Below are positions 7,877 to 15,918 of a stretch of 29,035 nt of DNA, piece by piece. A program made the position numbers and the translations under genes. Source of the stretch: Candidatus Auribacterota bacterium (GTDB lineage Bacteria > Auribacterota > UBA6266). The notes beneath the pieces were generated by a model, which searched no databases, was not told the origin of the DNA, and saw nothing but the letters and a program-made list of their open reading frames with translations. Position 1 is the first letter of the stretch, and the number at the start of each line of letters is the position of its first letter. The stretch is from the NCBI GenBank assembly GCA_023136205.1, contig JAGLRQ010000019.1:1-29035 (forward strand). The letters are read 5' to 3'.

Positions 7877-10090
7877 TTACATAAGATTTAAGGGATCTAC
7901 ATCAACGGCTATCGCAATTCCCTTGCTCTTTTTAAGTTTTGCTAATACGTTTCTCGCGCATTTATGAAGAGCTGAAACAGATTTTCCCTTTATCATAACC
8001 TGCCACCTGAATTTTGTTTTTGACCTGGAAATTGCGCAGGGGCAAGGGCCAAGGACATTGATACCGGGTTCAATGTGTTTTTTAAGAAGAAATGTGAGTT
8101 TTTCAGCTTGTTTTGAAACGGCCTTTTCGAATTTGCCTGAAATTACAAAGTTTATAATATGGGCAAAAGGCGGGTAGTTCAGTTCTTTCCGAAATTCCAG
8201 TTCCTTTTCGGCAAAGGCTTCATAGTTTTGGAAAGACGCGGATTTGATTGAATAATGTCCCGGCAGACATGTTTGAATTATAACTTTTCCGGGAACAGAT
8301 CCCCTTCCTGCTCTTCCCGCTGCCTGAGTAAGCAGTTGAAAAGTTGTTTCAGAAGACCTGAAATCCGGAAATGAAAGAGATAAATCCGCGAAAATTATAC
8401 CTACAAGGGTTACGTCAGGGAAATCAAGCCCTTTTGCTATCATCTGTGTTCCTACCATTATTTGATACTTCTTGTGTTTAAATTCCGTAAGGAGTTTTTT
8501 ATGAGCACCCTTGAAAGAAGTAGTATCCGAATCCATTCTCAAAACCTTTGTTTTGGGAAAGAGCTTTTCAATATGGTGTTGAACTTTTTCTGTGCCGAGC
8601 CCAATTTGAAAAACCTTTTGGCCTTTGCATGACGGGCATATTTCCAGTAGCCTTTTCTGGTATCCGCAGAGGTGGCACATAAGCATATTTTTGGATCTAT
8701 GATAGGTCATCGAAATACTGCAACTCTTACATTTTATGGTTTCCCCGCATTTCGGGCATATCAGGGAGGCGGAAAACCCTCTTCTGTTTAGAAAAAGTAT
8801 GGATTGTTCTCCGGCGGCAATTCGTTTGTCAATTTCACCTGCCAGTTCCTGAGAACATGAAAGTTTTATATTCTGGCGGTCTGAACGCATATCAACAACT
8901 TCAATATCAGGAAGGGCTCTGCCGTCAACTCTTTTATTAATGTTAAGAAGGGAATATTTTCTTTTGCTAACATTATAATAAGATTCAAGTGACGGGGTAG
9001 CGGAGCCAAGGACAACAACGGCTTTTTCAAGTTTTCCGCGCACTACGGCCAAATCCCTGGCGTTGTACCTTGGCTGTTCCTCCTGTTTATAACTTTTTTC
9101 ATGTTCTTCATCCACTATGATTAACCCGAGATTCTTTACCGGGGAAAATATTGCTGAACGCGCGCCTATTACAATCCTGGCTTTGCCGCTTCTGATTTGT
9201 TTCCACTGGTGTGAGCGTTCGCCGGCAGACAGGGCGCTATGGAGAATCGCCAATGGTTCTTTTACTCTCTGCCTGAACCTGTCTATAGTCTGGGGTGTAA
9301 GTGATATTTCAGGAACAAGGACAACAGCGCCTTTATCTTTCTTTATGGCTGAATTAATGGCATTTAAGTAAATTTCTGTTTTTCCGCTGCCGGTAACCCC
9401 TTTGATTAAAAAGGTTTTAAAAAGCTCTTTGTCTAAAGCGTTATTTATTTTGGATAAGGCATATTCCTGTTCATCGGTAAGGGTTAATTCACTGCTCTTT
9501 GGATAGTCGAATATGATTTTACCTTCTTTTAAAGGAGATTTTTCAATAAGTGAGAGGTGTCCTTTACTTATAAGTGAAAAGAGGGAGCTTCTTGATGCCT
9601 TTGCCGAAGAAATAAGCCTGTTTATTTCAAAACCCTCCGCCGAATTTAAAGAAGAGAGGATTACGTGTAATATGGAAGCCTGTTTTGGGGACCGTTTTTC
9701 AATTTTTTTAAGAACATTCTTTAGCTCTTCGGGTTTTAAATTAGGTGTTACGTATAAGTTTTTGCGCCATCCTTTATTGCTCCTTACCCCGGGCGGGAGA
9801 AGGGATTTTATGACTATGCCGATAGGGGAAAGATAGTAATCGGATATCCACCGGGCAAGCTTAAGTATATTTTTCGTTAATATGGGAAATTCATCAGGAA
9901 CATCTTTTATTTCTTTTAGTTCTTTCAGCCTGCTTACTTTTGACAGGGATATAACATATCCCCTTACAGTTTTGTTCCTGAACGGGACTGAGACCATTAT
10001 ACCCGGTGAGATTTTGTCTTTTAATCTATCGGGAATAATATAGTCAAATTCTTTTTCTACAGGAATTTCAAGCACCACTTTTGCAATCAT
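7877..10090 (-). CDS. priA: Primosomal protein N' (replication-restart helicase PriA)
   Basis: Walker A GVTGSGKTE, DEEHE box, and the cysteine-rich zinc region CPKCGETIKCKSCS...CHLCGY...CPSCKG. Length 737 aa. Confidence 0.95.
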   Translation of the reverse strand: MIAKVVLEIPVEKEFDYIIPDRLKDKISPGIMVSVPFRNKTVRGYVISLSKVSRLKELKEIKDVPDEFPILTKNILKLARWISDYYLSPIGIVIKSLLPPGVRSNKGWRKNLYVTPNLKPEELKNVLKKIEKRSPKQASILHVILSSLNSAEGFEINRLISSAKASRSSLFSLISKGHLSLIEKSPLKEGKIIFDYPKSSELTLTDEQEYALSKINNALDKELFKTFLIKGVTGSGKTEIYLNAINSAIKKDKGAVVLVPEISLTPQTIDRFRQRVKEPLAILHSALSAGERSHQWKQIRSGKARIVIGARSAIFSPVKNLGLIIVDEEHEKSYKQEEQPRYNARDLAVVRGKLEKAVVVLGSATPSLESYYNVSKRKYSLLNINKRVDGRALPDIEVVDMRSDRQNIKLSCSQELAGEIDKRIAAGEQSILFLNRRGFSASLICPKCGETIKCKSCSISMTYHRSKNMLMCHLCGYQKRLLEICPSCKGQKVFQIGLGTEKVQHHIEKLFPKTKVLRMDSDTTSFKGAHKKLLTEFKHKKYQIMVGTQMIAKGLDFPDVTLVGIIFADLSLSFPDFRSSETTFQLLTQAAGRAGRGSVPGKVIIQTCLPGHYSIKSASFQNYEAFAEKELEFRKELNYPPFAHIINFVISGKFEKAVSKQAEKLTFLLKKHIEPGINVLGPCPCAISRSKTKFRWQVMIKGKSVSALHKCARNVLAKLKKSKGIAIAVDVDPLNLM

Positions 10091-10241
10091 AACGTTTGAA
10101 TGGTATCATACTTTACTTTTTGCTTTAATCTTTTTTCTTGATGTAAAAAGTTTTACAATCTAGAGCCTAAATCTTCCCTATTTTTTTTGCTTCCTAACTT
10201 CCACGACTACAAGAACTTACGAAATGCTCAAAAATTCCCCC

Positions 10242-10270
10242 TTGACATTTATTTGTTTTTGTAAAAAATA
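10242..10270 (+). promoter_or_regulatory. Candidate promoter for the lectin-RHS cassette
   Basis: Perfect TTGACA at 10242-10247, followed 16-17 nt later by an A/T-rich -10-like element (AAAAAT / AAAATA). This would give an untranslated leader of roughly 170-180 nt before the ATG at 10449. Confidence 0.35.
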
Positions 10271-10448
10271 GTAGTACCCATCTGTGATAAAATCAACGTT
10301 TGGCTAATGTTTTATGTATTTGGAATAATCCATCTAAGCTAAAGAAAGTTTTTTAAATGTTACCTAAAGGCTGCACTAAACCTTTCCGCTTTACACCCCA
10401 AGTAAAAATTATAATATCGGCCTTTACTTAAATCACAAGGAGAGCATT

Positions 10449-12692
10449 ATGTGTTTTTTAAAACGATTAATAATTTTAACTGTCTTTTCCTTTTTGATAG
10501 CCCCATTGTCTTCCGCCCAGGAAAACTTAATTCTGGATGCCGGATTTGAACAATCTCCTCATTCTTCCGGGGTAAACTGGAAGGATTGGGGGCCGGGAAC
10601 AAAAGATTTTGACAATACAGAGGAGGTTCATTCGGGAACTGAATCTTATAAACTAACGGTATCTGTTTCAACTTATATGTGGGCAAGTGATATTGCGTTA
10701 CAGGAAAATATAACAGACTTCCTGGTTGGAGACAGTTTTGAAGCAGAAGCCCATTTATTAATACCGGAATCTAATCCCCTTACTGAAGATATAGAAACCT
10801 ATTTAGAGGTTGTATTTTATGATGGGCAGGGTATAAACGCGGAAAACGAAGTCGGCAAGTTCCAATCTCAGAAATACGGCTATGGCCAGGCTCAGAGTCA
10901 GTGGGTAAAACTTGAAATAAGCAATGTTGTTCCCCTTGGGGCTCAGAATTGCAAACTTCAGCTCGTGGTTTTACATTTACCGGACGAGCAGGGGCAGACA
11001 GGTAACTATTCAGGGGTAGTATATTTTGATGATGTGAGTTTAATTAAAACAATATCAAAGAAGACCACGGCTGTTTCTTCTTCAGATGAAAATTTTAACT
11101 TAATGGCAGAGAAAACTGTAGACAACAATATTGCAACCCGCTGGGCATCCGCTCATACAAATAGCGAATGGATATATCTTGATTTAGGTTCACCCCGCGC
11201 CTTTGACACCGTTAAATTGAGCTGGGAGACAGCTTATGCTGCAAGCTATGAGATTCAAATTTCAAATGATGCTCAGAATTGGAGCACTATTTATACTGAA
11301 AATTCGGGTAACGGAGGTGAAGACGTAATTCACCCTGGAGAACAAACTGCCCGATATATCAAGATGAAAGGCCTTATCAGGGGTACAGAATGGGGTTATT
11401 CTCTCTGGGAATTTGAAATTTCCAAATCCGCGGCTTCTTCATCGGAGTCTGCCGGGTTAGAAGCTTATAGAGCCGCGGATGGTGATATGAATACTCGCTG
11501 GGCATCAGCATTTAGTGATAATGAATGGATATATATTGATTATATGAACTCCAGGGCGTTTGACACTATTGAGTTAAACTGGGAGTCCGCGTATGGCCGC
11601 CAGTATGAAATTCAAGTCTCAGATAATGGTATCAACTGGACAAATATTTATACTGAAACAAACAGTAATGGCGGTGTAGATATAATTAATGTCGATAAAC
11701 AAAGCGCCAGATTTGTCAGAATGAATGGCATTTCCAGGGCAACGCCTTATGGATATTCTCTCTGGGAATTCAAAACCATGATGCGGATGACAGCAGTTTC
11801 TTCCTCTGATGAAAATTTATATTTAACGGCTGATAAAGCTATGGATGGCAACTTTAATAGCCGCTGGTCATCAGCATTTACTGATAATGAATGGATCTAT
11901 ATTGATCTTAGTGCCCCCCGCAGTTTTGATACGGTTAAATTAACTTGGGAAACGGCTTACGGATTGGCTTATGAGATACAAATTTCAGATGATGCCCAAA
12001 ACTGGAATACAGTTTATACAGAAACTTCAGGTGATGGGGGCGAAGATGTCATTTTCCTTGGGACGCAGACCGCCCGATATGTCAAGATGCAGGGTATTCA
12101 AGGGGGCACGGAATGGGGCTATTCTCTCCGGGAATTTGAAGTGTTAGGAACAACCACTGTTTGCGGCTATGAGAAAAGAATTAACTGCGGAGGTGAAGTT
12201 TACACTGCCCGGAACGGTGATTTTTATGCCGCTGATCAACAATATTCAACTCAAAACGGCTGCGGATATGTTGACGGAAACTGGGCTAGTACTTCTGATT
12301 CCATAGAAGATACGGAAGATGATATTCTTTATCGGTCAGAACGCTACAATGTAGGCGAATATAAATTTGATGTTCCGGATGGAACTTACACGGTTACTTT
12401 AAAATTTGCTGAAACCTATTTTACAGGCGCGGGAAAAAGAGTATTTAGTGTCTGGATAGAGGGAGAGCAAGTTCTGCAGAATCTAGATATTTATGCTGCG
12501 GCAGGCCATGACACTGCTTTAGACAAAGAATTTACTGTAAAAATTTCAGATGGCCAATTGAACATTACCGCTCTTGCCGCAAGAGACTGTGCTAAATTTT
12601 CAGCTATATCAGTTGTCGGCGGGCGTGATGTAACACCTCCAAATTTGACAATAATATCACCGAATAACGGAGCAGTTATATATCAGGATTAA
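10449..12692 (+). CDS. Secreted multi-lectin protein: CBM4_9-like module, three F5/8 type C (discoidin/CBM32-like) domains, malectin domain. No catalytic domain is seen.
   Basis: AAGGAGAG RBS. Signal peptide MCFLKRLIILTVFSFLIAPLSSA/QE. NLILDAGFE...HSGTESYKL...VYFDDVSL resembles CBM4_9. Three repeats carry TRWAS...EWIY(L/I)DL...FDT(V/I)KL.WE.AY...YEIQ(I/V)S.D..NW...Y (discoidin). The C-terminus INCGG...YAADQQY...RSERYN...YKFDVPDGTYTVTLKFAETYF...KRVFSVWIEGE is malectin-like. Confidence 0.85.
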   Translation: MCFLKRLIILTVFSFLIAPLSSAQENLILDAGFEQSPHSSGVNWKDWGPGTKDFDNTEEVHSGTESYKLTVSVSTYMWASDIALQENITDFLVGDSFEAEAHLLIPESNPLTEDIETYLEVVFYDGQGINAENEVGKFQSQKYGYGQAQSQWVKLEISNVVPLGAQNCKLQLVVLHLPDEQGQTGNYSGVVYFDDVSLIKTISKKTTAVSSSDENFNLMAEKTVDNNIATRWASAHTNSEWIYLDLGSPRAFDTVKLSWETAYAASYEIQISNDAQNWSTIYTENSGNGGEDVIHPGEQTARYIKMKGLIRGTEWGYSLWEFEISKSAASSSESAGLEAYRAADGDMNTRWASAFSDNEWIYIDYMNSRAFDTIELNWESAYGRQYEIQVSDNGINWTNIYTETNSNGGVDIINVDKQSARFVRMNGISRATPYGYSLWEFKTMMRMTAVSSSDENLYLTADKAMDGNFNSRWSSAFTDNEWIYIDLSAPRSFDTVKLTWETAYGLAYEIQISDDAQNWNTVYTETSGDGGEDVIFLGTQTARYVKMQGIQGGTEWGYSLREFEVLGTTTVCGYEKRINCGGEVYTARNGDFYAADQQYSTQNGCGYVDGNWASTSDSIEDTEDDILYRSERYNVGEYKFDVPDGTYTVTLKFAETYFTGAGKRVFSVWIEGEQVLQNLDIYAAAGHDTALDKEFTVKISDGQLNITALAARDCAKFSAISVVGGRDVTPPNLTIISPNNGAVIYQD
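11064..12149 (+). repeat. Three tandem coding repeats of about 360 bp, each encoding one discoidin domain
   Basis: Repeat units are about 11064-11426, 11427-11786 and 11787-12149. Units 1 and 3 are visibly closer to each other (TTAVSSSDENFNL / MTAVSSSDENLYL; DAQNWSTIYTENSGNGGEDVI / DAQNWNTVYTETSGDGGEDVI) than either is to unit 2. Confidence 0.85.
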
Positions 12693-12705
12693 AAGGAGAT
12701 AGCGC

Positions 12706-15700
12706 ATGAAATTATACATAAAAATCTTTCTATTTTTTATTTCGGTTTTCTTGATAAATGATTTTGTTTTAGCTGAAGAAGATAATACATATAGTTTGCT
12801 TCCCCAGAATGCGTATGGGGTATTGGATATTCATGGCGCCCCGATACCACCAAAAAATCCAAAAGATTTACTGCAGGTGGATGTTCCTCATGAAGATACT
12901 GTCCGTGTTAATCTTTCAACCGGCAAACTGACTGTGAAAACAACTGAGTTTGATGTGCCATGCAGGGGACACGATAAAGAGTTGGCTCTGAGTTTTAGCC
13001 GGACATATGGTACCGGAACAGTAACTGGTGAAAATTTATTAGGGGTCAGTTGGAAAACAAATCATGATGTTACCATGCATGTTTTTGCCAACTATGATCG
13101 TGAGACCGGTGAACCTGTCTACAGATTAATCAATATTTCCACCAATAAAGGCCATACCCAGTTCCAGTGCTTTGTTCATGACATAGATTACTATCAGCCT
13201 ATGGGAAGGTCCAGCAGGCAAACGAAACTATTTGAAGGTGAACCTGAACCTAAAAGGCTTGACGATCCTTACCCAATTACCTATGTATGGCGGACAAAAC
13301 ACGGCATGAAATATTATTTTGAGCCCTATTATATCTACCTTACTTCCGGGCAGGTTGATGTGGAATCTGTAGATTATAGATTAAAGAAGATGGAAGATAG
13401 GAACGGGAATACGCTGGAATACACTTACCTATGCCATGGAGGTAAACTTGGTGAGGCTGTGGAGGCAACACCTGTTACTAGAATTGATGATGGGACACCA
13501 GGTATTGATGTTACTGAGTTTGGGTCCAGCATTCTTCGTGAATTGAGGACTTTCTTTGCTGTTGACCTTGAGTATGTTTCTGAACAAGCAGCCGCAAAAT
13601 TCTTTGCAATAAGAAACAGGAGGCCTTCTAGGCTGACAGATGTAGCTACCGGAAGGTATATAGAGTTTACATATTATCCCAGTTTTAGTGTTGATGATAT
13701 AAAAAAAGGGTTACTGCAAACAGTAACCGATCCTGCAGGCAATGAATACAATTTTGATTATATGGAGGTTAGCCATCCAGTTGGAAGTCACCCGTACTTG
13801 TATACTGTTCAGAAACCCGGCTTATCTAATTCTGCAATGTACGCACGTTCTTATTTTGGTGACCTTTCAAGCATGACCGATCCCCTGAATAACACGATTA
13901 ATGCAAAATACGATGTTAGACTGAGAGTTTACCGCGTTACCTTATCCAATGGTACATACTTTGATTTGGATTATTTCGATATCAATTCTCCTCTAAATGT
14001 CCATGTAACATATAGTGACCGTCCCAATGTAAAATTGGTTTATAAATTTGATCATGAAGGCAGATTAAATGGCTTGGAGACATGGGAAAACGAGGTAAAG
14101 ATATGGTATGAGTGGTACTCCTGGGAGAATTCGCGAGGCCCTCAGTTTTTCACTAATCTTTTAAGCGCAGGTGAAAGCGGCTGCGGCTCGCCTTATTTGT
14201 GGACATATGAAGGTGATAGCGAGAACCCTGTAACACATTCCATACCCGGCAATAGGAAAAAGCTCTATACGTATAATGAATTTCATAAGGTAACTAAAGA
14301 AGAATTAACCAGATGGTCAACAGGAGAAGTTTTAAAAGTAACGGATTTTGTTTATGACGTTAACGGAAACCTTACCTCAAAAATCGAAGATTCCGGAGGC
14401 CCCAACGAAATAATAACAAATTATGCTTATGATGAATTTGGAAACAGGACAAGTGTTACGGATCCCAATGGAAATACAACAACATTTACTTATGATGATT
14501 GCGGCAATGTTTTAACATCTACGGATCCTGAGGGAAATATTACATCTTACACATATGATATAAACGGCAATAAATTATCTGAGGCCGATGCCCGAGGTAA
14601 CGTTACAGCTTACGAATATGATGCTTTAAACCGTCTTGAAAACATTACCTTTCCCGCGGAGGATGGTATTCTTGAGCCGCCTCTAAAAACATATGTATAC
14701 GATGATAACAGTGATGTTAAATCTATAACCGACGAAAATGGAAACACAACCGAATATCAGTATGACAGTAACACCCGGTTGTATAGAGAAATAGACCCTC
14801 TGGGTTATTTTGTGGAGTATGGATATGACAGTACTGGAAATGCCGTTCTTAAGAAGGACAAAAATGGTAAATCAATTTTATACGGCTATGACGCGTTAAA
14901 CAGAAAGGTAATCGAGGCAGATTGTCTCGGTGAAACCACTACATATTCCTATGGGGATCTTTTTACAAGATGTGGTTCGGCTATGTTCGAAGGTTCTTCG
15001 TTTAATCCAACAGCTATTACAGATAAAAGAGGAAATATTACTGAGTATCAATATAACAACCGTTACTGGCTGCAGTTTATCAGGTATCCGGGTATTGAAG
15101 GGTATGAAGAACATTTTGAATACGATGTTTTTGGGAATAAGACCCTATGGATAGATCCAAACGACCGGTTTTGGAGATATTATTATGACAACGTAAACCG
15201 TCTTGTAAAACAGACAGATCCTGTAAACTACGATATCCTTTATGGGTATGATAATAACGGCAATAAAACAAGCGAAACCGATAAGAGAGGAAACATAACA
15301 AATTTTGAGTATGATGGAAACAACAGGCTTAGGAAGGCAATCGACCCTTATTTTGAATATACTGAATATTTTTATGATGGAGTTGGGAACAAGATATCCG
15401 AGCGGGATAAAAGGGGAAACTATACTAATTTTACCTATGATAAACGCAATCGTTTAGAAGAAGTTATAACAGAACCTGAAACAGGTGTTACATACACAAA
15501 AACTTACGAATATGATGATAAAGGCAATAAAACCGCTGAAGTAGATGAAAACGGCAACAGGACTGAATATACCTATACGACGCGTGACGAACTCTGGACA
15601 CTAAAAGATGCTTATAATAACAGTATTTCATACTTGTATGATGCCAATGGAAATAAGGATTCCGAAACGGATAAGAAAGGAAATACTACGGCTTACTTAT

Positions 15701-15918
15701 ATACAAACCGCAATGAACTTTCAAGTGTTACAGATCCTCTGGCCAATTCAATAAACTACACTTATGATGAAAACGGAAATAAGCAAACTGATACAGACAA
15801 AAGAAATCTGACAACTAGCTTTGGCTATGACGAAAGAAACCTTCTTATTTCAGTAACAGACCATGAGGAGAACATCAGCTCTTTTACCTACGATGGAAAC
15901 AAACCCTCTTCTTCATGA
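12706..15918 (+). CDS. RHS/YD-repeat protein, N-terminal ORF (signal peptide plus first part of the shell). Probably the 5' part of one frameshifted gene.
   Basis: AAGGAG lies 7 nt upstream and the gap to the lectin gene is 13 nt. Signal peptide MKLYIKIFLFFISVFLINDFVLA/EE. RHS-type N-terminal strand VNLSTGKLTVKTTEFDVPCRG...LSFSRTYGTG. Many YD repeats follow (YAYDEFGNRTSVTDPNGNTTTFTYDDCGNVLTSTDPEGN...). Confidence 0.85.
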   Translation: MKLYIKIFLFFISVFLINDFVLAEEDNTYSLLPQNAYGVLDIHGAPIPPKNPKDLLQVDVPHEDTVRVNLSTGKLTVKTTEFDVPCRGHDKELALSFSRTYGTGTVTGENLLGVSWKTNHDVTMHVFANYDRETGEPVYRLINISTNKGHTQFQCFVHDIDYYQPMGRSSRQTKLFEGEPEPKRLDDPYPITYVWRTKHGMKYYFEPYYIYLTSGQVDVESVDYRLKKMEDRNGNTLEYTYLCHGGKLGEAVEATPVTRIDDGTPGIDVTEFGSSILRELRTFFAVDLEYVSEQAAAKFFAIRNRRPSRLTDVATGRYIEFTYYPSFSVDDIKKGLLQTVTDPAGNEYNFDYMEVSHPVGSHPYLYTVQKPGLSNSAMYARSYFGDLSSMTDPLNNTINAKYDVRLRVYRVTLSNGTYFDLDYFDINSPLNVHVTYSDRPNVKLVYKFDHEGRLNGLETWENEVKIWYEWYSWENSRGPQFFTNLLSAGESGCGSPYLWTYEGDSENPVTHSIPGNRKKLYTYNEFHKVTKEELTRWSTGEVLKVTDFVYDVNGNLTSKIEDSGGPNEIITNYAYDEFGNRTSVTDPNGNTTTFTYDDCGNVLTSTDPEGNITSYTYDINGNKLSEADARGNVTAYEYDALNRLENITFPAEDGILEPPLKTYVYDDNSDVKSITDENGNTTEYQYDSNTRLYREIDPLGYFVEYGYDSTGNAVLKKDKNGKSILYGYDALNRKVIEADCLGETTTYSYGDLFTRCGSAMFEGSSFNPTAITDKRGNITEYQYNNRYWLQFIRYPGIEGYEEHFEYDVFGNKTLWIDPNDRFWRYYYDNVNRLVKQTDPVNYDILYGYDNNGNKTSETDKRGNITNFEYDGNNRLRKAIDPYFEYTEYFYDGVGNKISERDKRGNYTNFTYDKRNRLEEVITEPETGVTYTKTYEYDDKGNKTAEVDENGNRTEYTYTTRDELWTLKDAYNNSISYLYDANGNKDSETDKKGNTTAYLYTNRNELSSVTDPLANSINYTYDENGNKQTDTDKRNLTTSFGYDERNLLISVTDHEENISSFTYDGNKPSSS

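Noticed and set aside
15863-15865. The ATG at 15863 as an independent start for a second RHS gene
   Set aside because: It has no Shine-Dalgarno upstream and lies in the middle of a YD repeat. The product would have no signal peptide. The first 12 codons or so (MRRTSALLPTME) do not look like RHS sequence, whereas the other frame does up to 15900. A single frameshifted gene is the simpler reading.
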